This document shows, one piece after another, positions 26,401-40,900 of a stretch of DNA of 64,000 nucleotides. A model generated the notes under the pieces. It was not told where the DNA came from and did not search any database. It saw nothing but the letters and a program-made list of their open reading frames with translations. Origin of the DNA: Auanema rhodensis (taxonomy: Eukaryota; Animalia; Nematoda); NCBI GenBank assembly GCA_964057225.1, contig OZ059895.1:22072001-22136000 (forward strand), read 5' to 3'. Within the stretch, counting starts at the first letter, position 1, and every line of letters begins with the position of its first letter. A program made the translations under genes and the position numbers.

Positions 26401-29400
26401 ATGTCCATATTAGTCTAAAAACCAATTTTTATTAATATTGGTGCATGGTAACCATGACTTTGAAATTTACGTGAACTTTAATTTATGCTAATTAAGTGTA
26501 CACATGATGTGCACTTGGTATGTAACTCGCTTCACGTGAAAGATGAAGAGATGCGGTTTTCAAAATTAGGTTCCTCATGTCCATATTAGTCTAAAAACTA
26601 ATTTTTATTGATATTGGTGCATGGTAACCATGACTTTGAAATTTACGTGAACTTTAATTTATGCTTATTAAGTGTACACGTGATGTGCACTTGGTATGTA
26701 ACTCGCTTCACGTGAAAGATAAAGGGATGCGGTTTTCAAAATTAGATTCCCCATGTCCATATTAGTCTAAAAACCAATTTTTATTAATATTGGTGCATGG
26801 TAACCATGACTTTGAAATTTACGTGAACTTTAATTTATGCTAATTAAGTGTACACATGATGTGCACTTGGTATGTAACTCGCTTCACGTGAAAGATAAAG
26901 AGATGCGGTTTTCAAAATTAGATTCCCCATGTCCATATTAGTCTAAAAACAAATTTTTATTGATATTGGTGCATGGTAACCATGAATTTGAAATTAACGT
27001 GAACTTTAATTTATGCTAATTAAGTGTACACATGATGTGCACTTGGTATGTAACTCGCTTCACGTCAAAGATAAAGAGATGCGGTTTTCAAAATTAGATT
27101 TCCCATGTCCATATTAGTCTAAAAACAGATTTTTATTGATATTGGTGCATGGTAACCATGACTTTGAAATTTACGTGAACTTCAATTTATGCTAATTAAG
27201 TGTACACGTGATGTGCACTTGGTATGTAACTCGCTTCACGTGAAAGATAAAGAGATGCGGTTTTCAAAATTAGATTCCCCATGTCCATATTAGTCTAAAA
27301 ACAAATTTTTATTGATATTGGTGCATGGTAACCATGACTTTGAAATTTACGTGAACTTTAATTTATGCTAATTAAGTGTACACATGATGTGCACTTGGTA
27401 TGTAACTCGCTTCACGTCAAAGATAAAGAGATGCGGTTTTCAAAATTAGATTCCCCATGTCCATATTAGTCTAAAAACAAATTTTTATTAATATTGGTGC
27501 ATGGTAACCATGACTTTGAAATTTACGTGAACTTTAATTTATGCTAATTAAGTGTACACATGATGTGCACTTGGTATGTAACTCGCTTCACGTCAAAGAT
27601 AAAGAGATGCGGTTTTCAAAATTAGATTCCCCATGACCATATTAGTCTAAAAACCAATTTTTATTAATATTGGTGCATGGTAACCATGACTTTGAAATTT
27701 ACGTGAACTTTAATTTATGAAGTGTACACGTGATTTTATTAAGTGTACACGTGATGTGCACTTGGTATGTAACTCGCTTCACGTGAAAGATAAAGAGATG
27801 CGGTTTTCAAAATTAGATTCCCCATTTCCATATTAGTCTAAAAACAAATTTTTATTGATATTGGTGCATGGCAACCATGACTTTAAAATTTACGTGAACT
27901 TTAATTTATGCTAATTAAGTGTACACATGATGTGCACTTGGTATGTAACTCGTTTCACGTCAAAGATAAAGAGATGCGGTTTTCAAAATTGGATTCCCCA
28001 TGTCCATATTAGTCTAAAAACAAATTTTTATTAATATTGGTGCATGGTAACCATGACTTTGAAATTTACGTGAATTTTAATTTATGCTAATTAAGTGTAC
28101 ACATGATGTGCACTTGGTATGTAACTCGCTTCACGTCAAAGATAAAGAGATGCGGTTTTCAAAATTAGATTCCCCATGACCATATTAGTCTAAAAACCAA
28201 TTTTTATTAGTATTGGTGCATGGTAACCATGTTTTTGAAATTTACGTGAACTTTAATTTATGAAGTGTACACGTGATTTTATTAAGTGTACACGTGATGT
28301 GCACTTGGTATGTAACTCGCTTCACGTGAAAGATAAAGGGATGCGGTTTTCAAAATTAGATTCCCCATGTCCATATTAGTCTAAAAACCAATTTTTATTA
28401 ATATTGGTGCATGGTAACCATGACTTTGAAATTTACGTGAACTTTAATTTATGCTAATTAAGTGTACACATGATGTGCACTTGGTATGTAACTCGCTTCA
28501 CGTGAAAGATGAAGAGATGCGGTTTTCAAAATTAGGTTCCTCATGTCCATATTAGTCTAAAAACGAATTTTTATTGATATTGGTGCATGGTAACCATGAC
28601 TTTGAAATTTACGTGAACTTTAATTTATGCTTATTAAGTGTACACGTGATGTGCACTTGGTATGTAACTCGCTTCACGTGAAAGATAAAGGGATGCGGTT
28701 TTCAAAATTAGATTCCCCATGTCCATATTAGTCTAAAAACCAATTTTTATTAATATTGGTGCATGGTAACCATGACTTTGAAATTTACGTGAACTTTAAT
28801 TTATGCTAATTAAGTGTACACATGATGTGCACTTGGTATGTAACTCGCTTCACGTGAAAGATAAAGAGATGCGGTTTTCAAAATTAGATTCCCCATGTCC
28901 ATATTAGTCTAAAAACAAATTTTTATTGATATTGGTGCATGGTAACCATGAATTTGAAATTTACGTGAACTTTAATTTATGCTAATTAAGTGTACACATG
29001 ATGTGCACTTGGTATGTAACTCGCTTCACGTCAAAGATAAAGAGATGCGGTTTTCAAAATTAGATTTCCCATGTCCATATTAGTCTAAAAACAGATTTTT
29101 ATTGATATTGGTGCATGGTAACCATGACTTTGAAATTTACGTGAACTTTAATTTATGCTAATTAAGTGTACACATGATGTGCACTTGGTATGTAACTCGC
29201 TTCACGTCAAAGATAAAGAGATGCGGTTTTCAAAATTAGATTCCCCATGTCCATATTAGTCTAAAAACAAATTTTTATTAATATTGGTGCATGGTAACCA
29301 TGACTTTGAAATTTACGTGAACTTTAATTTATGCTAATTAAGTGTACACATGATGTGCACTTGGTATGTAACTCGCTTCACGTCAAAGATAAAGAGATGC

Positions 29401-30558
29401 GGTTTTCAAAATTAGATTCCCCATGACCATATTAGTCTAAAAACCAATTTTTATTAATATTGGTGCATGGTAACCATGACTTTGAAATTTACGTGAACTT
29501 TAATTTATGAAGTGTACACGTGATTTTATTAAGTGTACACGTGATGTGCACTTGGTATGTAACTCGCTTCACGTGAAAGATAAAGAGATGCGGTTTTCAA
29601 AATTAGATTCCCCATGTCCATATTAGTCTAAAAACAAATTTTTATTGATATTGGTGCATGGTAACCATGAATTTGAAATTTACGTGAACTTTAATTTATG
29701 CTAATTAAGTGTACACATGATGTGCACTTGGTATGTAACTCGCTTCACGTCAAAGATAAAGAGATGCGGTTTTCAAAATTAGATTCCCCATGTCCATATT
29801 AGTCTAAAAACAAATTTTTATTAATATTGGTGCATGGTAACCATGACTTTGAAATTTACGTGAATTTTAATTTATGCTAATTAAGTGTACACATGATGTG
29901 CACTTGGTATGTAACTCGCTTCACGTCAAAGATAAAGAGATGCGGTTTTCAAAATTAGATTCCCCATGACCATATTAGTCTAAAAACCAATTTTTATTAA
30001 TATTGGTGCATGGTAACCATGACTTTGAAATTTACGTGAACTTTAATTTATGAAGTGTACACGTGATGTGCACTTGGTATGTAACTCGCTTCACGTGAAA
30101 GATAAAGAGATGCGGTTTTCAAAATTAGATTCCCCATGTCCATATTAGTCTAAAAACAAATTTTTATTAATATTGGTGCATGGTAACCATGACTTTGAAA
30201 TTTACGTGAATTTTAATTTATGCTAATTAAGTGTACACATGATGTGCACTTGGTATGTAACTCGCTTCACGTCAAAGATAAAGAGATGCGGTTTTCAAAA
30301 TTAGATTCCCCATGACCATATTAGTCTAAAAACCAATTTTTATTAATATTGGTGCATGGTAACCATGACTTTGAAATTTACGTGAACTTTAATTTATGAA
30401 GTGTACACGTGATGTGCACTTGGTATGTAACTCGCTTCACGTGAAAGATAAAGAGATGCGGTTTTCAAAATTAGATTCCCCATGTCCATATTAGTCTAAA
30501 AACAAATTTTTATTGATATTGGTGCATGGTAACCATGACTTTGAAATTTACGTGAACT
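23411..30558 (+). repeat. Array subdomain with eight 191-bp and two 170-bp monomer variants
   Basis: 191-bp units start at 23587, 23954, 24497, 25040, 26287, 27710, 28253 and 29500; 170-bp units start at 30043 and 30389. Each follows a monomer carrying CATGACCAT and AAAAACCAA. Confidence 0.92.
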
Positions 30559-31262
30559 TTAATTTATGCTAATTAAGTGTACACGTGATGTGCACTTGGT
30601 ATGTAACTCGCTTCACGTCAAAGATAAAGTGATGCGGTTTTCAAAATTAGATTCCCCATGTCCATATTAGTCTAAAAACAAATTTTTATTAATATTGGTG
30701 CATGGTAACCATAACTTTGAAATTTACGTGAACTTTAATTTATGCTAATTAAGTGTACACATGATGTGCACTTGGTATGTAACTCGCTTCACGTGAAAGA
30801 TGAAGAGATGCGGTTTTCAAAATTAGATTCCCCATTTCCATATTAGTCTAAAAACAAATTTTTATTGATATTGGTGCATGGTAACCATGACTTTGAAATT
30901 TACGTGAACTTTAATTTATGCTAATTAAGTGTACACATGATGTGCACTTGGTATGTAACTCGCTTCACGTCAAAGATAAAGAGATGCGGTTTTCAAAATT
31001 AGATTCCCCATTTCCATATTAGTCTAAAAACAAATTTTTATTGATATTGGTGCATGGTAACCATGACTTTGAAATTTACGTGAACTTTAATTTATGCTAA
31101 TTAAGTGTACACATGATGTGCACTTGGTATGTAACTCGCTTCACGTCAAAGATAAAGAGATGCGGTTTTCAAAATTAGATTCCCCATGTCCATATTAGTC
31201 TAAAAACAAATTTTTATTAATATTGGTGCATGGTAACCATGACTTTGAAATTTACGTGAACT

Positions 31263-34200
31263 TTAATTTATGCTAATTAAGTGTACACGTGATGTGCACT
31301 TGGTATGTAACTCGCTTCACGTCAAAGATAAAGAGATGCGGTTTTCAAAATTAGATTCCCCATGTCCATATTAGTCTAAAAACAAATTTTTATTAATATT
31401 GGTGCATGGTAACCATGACTTTGAAATTTACGTGAACTTCAATTTATGCTAATTAAGTGTACACGTGATGTGCACTTGGTATGTAACTCGCTTCACGTGA
31501 AAGATAAAGAGATGCGGTTTTCAAAATTAGGTTCCCCATGTCCATATTAGTCTAAAAACAAATTTTTATTAATATTGGTGCATGGTAACCATGACTTTGA
31601 AATTTACGTGAACTTTAATTTATGCTAATTAAGTGTACACATGATGTGCACTTGGTATGTAACTCGCTTCACGTGAAAGATGAAGAGATGCGGTTTTCAA
31701 AATTAGATTCCCCATTTCCATATTAGTCTAAAAACAAATTTTTATTGATATTGGTGCATGGTAACCATGACTTTGAAATTTACGTGAACTTTAATTTATG
31801 CTAATTAAGTGTACACATGATGTGCACTTGGTATGTAACTCGCTTCACGTCAAAGATAAAGAGATGCGGTTTTCAAAATTAGATTCGACATTTCCATGTT
31901 AGTCTAAAAACAAATTTTTATTGATATTGGTGCATGGTAACCATGACTTTGAAATTTACGTGAACTTTAATTTATGCTAATTAAGTGTACACATGATGTG
32001 CACTTGGTATGTAACTCGCTTCACGTCAAAGATAAAGAGATGCGGTTTTCAAAATTAGATTCCCCATGTCCATATTAGTCTAAAAACAAATTTTTATTAA
32101 TATTGGTGCATGGTAACCATGACTTTGAAATTTACGTGAACTTTAATTTATGCTAATTAAGTGTACACATGATGTGCACTTGGTATGTAACTCGCTTCAC
32201 GTGAAAGATGAAGAGATGCGGTTTTCAAAATTAGGTTCCTCATGTCCATATTAGTCTAAAAACGAATTTTTATTGATATTGGTGCATGGTAACCATGACT
32301 TTGAAATTTACGTGAACTTTAATTTATGCTTATTAAGTGTACACGTGATGTGCACTTGGTATGTAACTCGCTTCACGTGAAAGATAAAGGGATGCGGTTT
32401 TCAAAATTAGATTCCCCATGTCCATATTAGTCTAAAAACAAATTTTTATTGATATTGGTGCATGGTAACCATGACTTTGAAATTTACGTGAACTTTAATT
32501 TATGAAAATTAAGTGTACACATGATGTGCACTTGGTATGTAACTCGCTTCACGTGAAAGATGAAGAGATGCGGTTTTCAAAATTAGATTCCCCATTTCCA
32601 TATTAGTCTAAAAACAAATTTTTATTGATATTGGTGCATGGTAACCATGACTTTGAAATTTACGTGAACTTTAATTTATGCTAATTAAGTGTACACATGA
32701 TGTGAACTTGGTATGTAACTCGCTTCACGTGAAAGATAAAGAGATGCGGTTTTCAAAATTAGGTTCCCCATGTCCATATTAGTCTAAAAACAAATTTTTA
32801 TTAATATTGGTGCATGGTAACCATGACTTTGAAATTTACGTGAACTTTAATTTATGCTAATTAAGTGTACACATGATGTGCACTTGGTATGTAACTCGCT
32901 TCACGTCAAAGATAAAGAGATGCGGTTTTCAAAATTAGATTCGACATTTCCATATTAGTCTAAAAACAAATTTTTATTGATATTGGTGCATGGTAACCAT
33001 GACTTTGAAATTTACGTGAACTTTAATTTATGCTAATTAAGTGTACACATGATGTGCACTTGGTATGTAACTCGCTTCACGTGAAAGATAAAGAGATGCG
33101 GTTTTCAAAATTAGATTCCCCATTTCCATATTAGACTAAAAACGAATTTTTATTGATATTGGTGCATGGTAACCATGACTTTGAAATTTACGTGAACTTT
33201 AATTTATGCTTATTAAGTGTACACATGATGTGCACTTGGTATGTAACTCGCTTCACGTGAAAGATAAAGAGATGCGGTTTTCAAAATTAGATTCCCCATT
33301 TCCATATTAGTCTAAAAACAAATTTTTATTGATATTGGTGCATGGTAACCATGACTTTGAAATTTACGTGAACTTTAATTTATGCTAATTAAGTGTACAC
33401 ATGATGTGAACTTGGTATGTAACTCGCTTCACGTCAAAGATAAAGAGATGCGGTTTTCAAAATTAGATTCCCCATGTCCATATTAGTCTAAAAACAAATT
33501 TTTATTAATATTGGTGCATGGTAACCATGACTTTGAAATTTACGTGAACTTTAATTTATGCTAATTAAGTGTACACATGATGTGCACTTGGTATGTAACT
33601 CGCTTCACGTCAAAGATAAAGAGATGCGGTTTTCAAAATTAGATTCCCCATGTCCATATTAGTCTAAAAACAAATTTTTATTAATATTGGTGCATGGTAA
33701 CCATGACTTTGAAATTTACGTGAACTTCAATTTATGCTAATTAAGTGTACACGTGATGTGCACTTGGTATGTAACTCGCTTCACGTGAAAGATAAAGAGA
33801 TGCGGTTTTCAAAATTAGGTTCCCCATGTCCATATTAGTCTAAAAACAAATTTTTATTAATATTGGTGCATGGTAACCATGACTTTGAAATTTACGTGAA
33901 CTTTAATTTATGCTAATTAAGTGTACACATGATGTGCACTTGGTATGTAACTCGCTTCACGTGAAAGATGAAGAGATGCGGTTTTCAAAATTAGATTCCC
34001 CATTTCCATATTAGTCTAAAAACAAATTTTTATTGATATTGGTGCATGGTAACCATGACTTTGAAATTTACGTGAACTTTAATTTATGCTAATTAAGTGT
34101 ACACATGATGTGCACTTGGTATGTAACTCGCTTCACGTCAAAGATAAAGAGATGCGGTTTTCAAAATTAGATTCGACATTTCCATATTAGTCTAAAAACA

Positions 34201-37200
34201 AATTTTTATTGATATTGGTGCATGGTAACCATGACTTTGAAATTTACGTGAACTTTAATTTATGCTAATTAAGTGTACACATGATGTGCACTTGGTATGT
34301 AACTCGCTTCACGTCAAAGATAAAGAGATGCGGTTTTCAAAATTAGATTCCCCATGTCCATATTAGTCTAAAAACAAATTTTTATTAATATTGGTGCATG
34401 GTAACCATGACTTTGAAATTTACGTGAACTTTAATTTATGCTAATTAAGTGTACACATGATGTGCACTTGGTATGTAACTCGCTTCACGTGAAAGATGAA
34501 GAGATGCGGTTTTCAAAATTAGGTTCCTCATGTCCATATTAGTCTAAAAACGAATTTTTATTGATATTGGTGCATGGTAACCATGACTTTGAAATTTACG
34601 TGAACTTTAATTTATGCTTATTAAGTGTACACGTGATGTGCACTTGGTATGTAACTCGCTTCACGTGAAAGATAAAGGGATGCGGTTTTCAAAATTAGAT
34701 TCCCCATGTCCATATTAGTCTAAAAACAAATTTTTATTGATATTGGTGCATGGTAACCATGACTTTGAAATTTACGTGAACTTTAATTTATGAAAATTAA
34801 GTGTACACATGATGTGCACTTGGTATGTAACTCGCTTCACGTGAAAGATGAAGAGATGCGGTTTTCAAAATTAGATTCCCCATTTCCATATTAGTCTAAA
34901 AACAAATTTTTATTGATATTGGTGCATGGTAACCATGACTTTGAAATTTACGTGAACTTTAATTTATGCTAATTAAGTGTACACATGATGTGAACTTGGT
35001 ATGTAACTCGCTTCACGTCAAAGATAAAGAGATGCGGTTTTCAAAATTAGATTCCCCATGTCCATATTAGTCTAAAAACAAATTTTTATTAATATTGGTG
35101 CATGGTAACCATGACTTTGAAATTTACGTGAACTTTAATTTATGCTAATTAAGTGTACACATGATGTGCACTTGGTATGTAACTCGCTTCACGTCAAAGA
35201 TAAAGAGATGCGGTTTTCAAAATTAGATTCCCCATGTCCATATTAGTCTAAAAACAAATTTTTATTAATATTGGTGCATGGTAACCATGACTTTGAAATT
35301 TACGTGAACTTTAATTTATGCTAATTAAGTGTACACATGATGTGCACTTGGTATGTAACTCGCTTCACGTGAAAGATGAAGAGATGCGGTTTTCAAAATT
35401 TGATTCCTCATGTCCATATTAGTATAAAAACGAATTTTTATCGATATTGGTGCATGGTAACCATGACTTTGAAATTTACGTGAACTTTAATTTATGCTAA
35501 TTAAGTGTACACATGATGTGCGCTTGGTATGTAACTCGCTTCACGTGAAAGATAAAGAGATGCGGTTTTCAAAATTAGATTCCCCATTTCCATATTAGTC
35601 TAAAAACAAATTTTTATTGATATTGGTGCATGGCAACCATGACTTTAAAATTTACGTGAACTTTAATTTATGCTAATTAAGTGTACACATGATGTGCACT
35701 TGGTATGTAACTCGCTTCACGTCAAAGATAAAGAGATGCGGTTTTCAAAATTAGATTCCCCATGTCCATATTAGTCTAAAAACAAATTTTTATTAATATT
35801 GGTGCATGGTAACCATGACTTTGAAATTTACGTGAACTTTAATTTATGCTAATTAAGTGTACACATGATGTGCACTTGGTATGTAACTCGCTTCACGTGA
35901 AAGATGAAGAGATGCGGTTTTCAAAATTAGATTCCTCATGTCCATATTAGTCTAAAAACGAATTTTTATTGATATTGGTGCATGGTAACCATGACTTTGA
36001 AATTTACGTGAACTTTAATTTATGCTTATTAAGTGTACACGTGATGTGCACTCGGTATGTAACTCGCTTCACGTGAAAGATAAAGGGATGCTGTTTTCAA
36101 AATTAGATTCCCCATGTCCATATTAGTCTAAAAACAAATTTTTATTGATATTGGTGCATGGTAACCATGACTTTGAAATTTACGTGAACTTTAATTTATG
36201 CTAATTAAGTGTACACATGATTTGCACTTGGTATGTAACTCGCTTCACGTGAAAGATGAAGAGATGCGGTTTTCAAAATTAGATTCCCCATGTCCATATT
36301 AGTCTAAAAACAAATTTTTATTGATATTGGTGCATGGTAACCATGACTTTGAAATTTACGTGAACTTTAATTTATGCTAATTAAGTGTACACATGATGTG
36401 CACTTGGTATGTAACTCGCTTCACGTCAAAGATAAAGAGATGCGGTTTTCAAAATTAGATTCCCCATGTCCATATTAGTCTAAAAACAAATTTTTATTAA
36501 TATTGGTGCATGGCAACCATGACTTTGAAATTTACGTGAACTTTAATTTATGCTAATTAAGTGTACACATGATGTGCACTTGGTATGTAACTCGCTTCAC
36601 GTCAAAGATAAAGAGATGCGGTTTTCAAAATTAGATTCCCCATGTCCATATTAGTCTAAAAACAAATTTTTATTAATATTGGTGCATGGTAACCATGACT
36701 TTGAAATTTACGTGAACTTTAATTTATGCTAATTAAGTGTACACATGATGTGCACTTGGTATGTAACTCGCTTCACGTGAAAGATGAAGAGATGCGGTTT
36801 TCAAAATTAGGTTCCTCATGTCCATATTAGTCTAAAAACGAATTTTTATTGATATTGGTGCATGGTAACCATGACTTTGAAATTTACGTGAACTTTAATT
36901 TATGCTTATTAAGTGTACACGTGATGTGCACTTGGTATGTAACTCGCTTCACGTGAAAGATAAAGGGATGCGGTTTTCAAAATTAGATTCCCCATGTCCA
37001 TATTAGTCTAAAAACAAATTTTTATTGATATTGGTGCATGGTAACCATGACTTTGAAATTTACGTGAACTTTAATTTATGAAAATTAAGTGTACACATGA
37101 TGTGCACTTGGTATGTAACTCGCTTCACGTGAAAGATGAAGAGATGCGGTTTTCAAAATTAGATTCCCCATTTCCATATTAGTCTAAAAACAAATTTTTA

Positions 37201-37950
37201 TTGATATTGGTGCATGGTAACCATGACTTTGAAATTTACGTGAACTTTAATTTATGCTAATTAAGTGTACACATGATGTGAACTTGGTATGTAACTCGCT
37301 TCACGTCAAAGATAAAGAGATGCGGTTTTCAAAATTAGATTCCCCATGTCCATATTAGTCTAAAAACAAATTTTTATTAATATTGGTGCATGGTAACCAT
37401 GACTTTGAAATTTACGTGAACTTTAATTTATGCTAATTAAGTGTACACATGATGTGCACTTGGTATGTAACTCGCTTCACGTCAAAGATAAAGAGATGCG
37501 GTTTTCAAAATTAGATTCCCCATGTCCATATTAGTCTAAAAACAAATTTTTATTAATATTGGTGCATGGTAACCATGACTTTGAAATTTACGTGAACTTT
37601 AATTTATGCTAATTAAGTGTACACATGATGTGCACTTGGTATGTAACTCGCTTCACGTGAAAGATGAAGAGATGCGGTTTTCAAAATTTGATTCCTCATG
37701 TCCATATTAGTATAAAAACGAATTTTTATCGATATTGGTGCATGGTAACCATGACTTTGAAATTTACGTGAACTTTAATTTATGCTAATTAAGTGTACAC
37801 ATGATGTGCGCTTGGTATGTAACTCGCTTCACGTGAAAGATAAAGAGGTGCGGTTTTCAAAATTAGATTCCCCATTTCCATATTAGTCTAAAAACAAATT
37901 TTTATTGATATTGGTGCATGGCAACCATGACTTTGAAATTTACGTGAACT
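31263..37950 (+). repeat. Higher-order repeat region with 13-mer period (2288 bp)
   Basis: ATGAAAATT at 32502/34790/37078, GATTCGACATT at 31882/34170, and TGATTCCTC..AGTATAAAA at 35401/37689. Boundaries are approximate. Confidence 0.82.
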
Positions 37951-40900
37951 TTAATTTATGCTAATTAAGTGTACACATGATGTGCGCTTGGTATGTAACT
38001 CGCTTCACGTGAAAGATAAAGAGGTGCGGTTTTCAAAATTAGATTCCCCATTTCCATATTAGTCTAAAAACAAATTTTTATTGATAATGGTGCATGGCAA
38101 CCATGACTTTAAAATTTACGTGAACTTCAATTTATGCTAATTAAGTGTACACATGATGTGCACTTGGTATGTAACTCGCTTCACGTGAAAGATGAAGAGA
38201 TGCGGTTCTCAAAATTTGATTCCTCATGTCCATATTAGTCTAAAAACGAATTTTTATCGATATTGGTGCATGGTAACCATGACTTTGAAATTTACGTGAA
38301 CTTTAATTTATGCTAATTAAGTGTACACATGATGTGCGCTTGGTATGTAACTCGCTTCACGTGAAAGATAAAGAGATGCGGTTTTCAAAATTAGATTCCC
38401 CATTTCCATATTAGTCTAAAAACAAATTTTTATTGATATTGGTGCATGGCAACCATGACTTTAAAATTTACGTGAACTTTAATTTATGCTAATTAAGTGT
38501 ACACATGATGTGCACTTGGTATGTAACTCGCTTCACGTCAAAGATAAAGAGATGCGGTTTTCAAAATTAGATTCCCCATGTCCATATTAGTCTAAAAACA
38601 AATTTTTATTAATATTGGTGCATGGTAACCATGACTTTGAAATTTACGTGAACTTTAATTTATGTTAATTAAGTGTACACATGATGTGCACTTGGTATGT
38701 AACTCGCTTCACGTGAAAGATGAAGAGATGCGGTTTTCAAAATTAGATTCCTCATGTCCATATTAGTCTAAAAACGAATTTTTATTGATATTGGTGCATG
38801 GTAACCATGACTTTGAAATTTACGTGAACTTTAATTTATGCTTATTAAGTGTACACGTGATGTGCACTCGGTATGTAACTCGCTTCACGTGAAAGATAAA
38901 GGGATGCTGTTTTCAAAATTAGATTCCCCATGTCCATATTAGTCTAAAAACAAATTTTTATTGATATTGGTGCATGGTAACCATGACTTTGAAATTTACG
39001 TGAACTTTAATTTATGCTAATTAAGTGTACACATGATTTGCACTTGGTATGTAACTCGCTTCACGTGAAAGATGAAGAGATGCGGTTTTCAAAATTAGAT
39101 TCCCCATGTCCATATTAGTCTAAAAACAAATTTTTATTGATATTGGTGCATGGTAACCATGACTTTGAAATTTACGTGAACTTTAATTTATGCTAATTAA
39201 GTGTACACATGATGTGCACTTGGTATGTAACTCGCTTCACGTCAAAGATAAAGAGATGCGGTTTTCAAAATTAGATTCCCCATGTCCATATTAGTCTAAA
39301 AACAAATTTTTATTAATATTGGTGCATGGTAACCATGACTTTGAAATTTACGTGAACTTTAATTTATGCTAATTAAGTGTACACATGATGTGAACTTGGT
39401 ATGTAACTCGCTTCACGTCAAAGATAAAGAGATGCGGTTTTCAAAATTAGATTCCCCATTTCCATATTAGTCTAAAAACAAATTTTTATTGATATTGGTG
39501 CATGGCAACCATGACTTTAAAATTTACGTGAACTTTAATTTATGCTAATTAAGTGTACACATGATGTGCACTTGGTATGTAACTCGCTTCACGTCAAAGA
39601 TAAAGAGATGCGGTTTTCAAAATTAGATTCCCCATGTCCATATTAGTCTAAAAACGAATTTTTATTGATATTGGTGCATGGTAACCATGACTTTGAAATT
39701 TACGTGAACTTTAATTTATGCTAATTAAGTGTACACGTGATGTGCACTTGGTATGTAACTCGCTTCACGTGAAAGATAAAGGGATGCGGTTTTCAAAATT
39801 AGATTCCCCATGTCCATATTAGTCTAAAAACAAATTTTTATTGATATTGGTGCATGGTAACCATGACTTTGAAATTTACGTGAACTTTAATTTATGCTTA
39901 TTAAGTGTACACGTGATGTGCACTTGGTATGTAACTCGCTTCACGTGAAAGATAAAGGAATGCGGTTTTCAAAATTAGATTCCCCATGTCCATATTAGTC
40001 TAAAAACAAATTTTTATTGATATTGGTGCATGGTAACCATGACTTTGAAATTTACGTGAACTTTAATTTATGCTAATTAAGTGTACACATGATGTGCACT
40101 TGGTATGTAACTCGCTTCACGTGAAAGATGAAGAGATGCGGTTTTCAAAATTAGATTCCCCATGTCCATATTAGTCTAAAAACAAATTTTTATTGATATT
40201 GGTGCATGGTAACCATGACTTTGAAATTTACGTGAACTTTAATTTATGCTAATTAAGTGTACACATGATGTGCACTTGGTATGTAACTCGCTTCACGTCA
40301 AAGATAAAGAGATGCGGTTTTCAAAATTAGATTCCCCATGTCCATATTAGTCTAAGAACAAATTTTTATTAATATTGGTGCATGGTAACCATGACTTTGA
40401 AATTTACGTGAACTTTAATTTATGCTAATTAAGTGTACACATGATGTGCACTTGGTATGTAACTCGCTTCACGTGAAAGATGAAGAGATGCGGTTTTCAA
40501 AATTAGATTCCTCATGTCCATATTAGTCTAAAAACGAATTTTTATCGATATTGGTGCATGGTAACCATGACTTTGAAATTTACGTGAACTTTAATTTATG
40601 CTAATTAAGTGTACACATGATGTGCGCTTGGTATGTAACTCGCTTCACGTGAAAGATAAAGAGATGCGGTTTTCAAAATTAGATTCCCCATTTCCATATT
40701 AGTCTAAAAACAAATTTTTATTGATATTGGTGCATGGCAACCATGACTTTAAAATTTACGTGAACTTTAATTTATGCTAATTAAGTGTACACATGATGTG
40801 CACTTGGTATGTAACTCGCTTCACGTCAAAGATAAAGAGATGCGGTTTTCAAAATTAGATTCCCCATGTCCATATTAGTCTAAAAACAAATTTTTATTAA

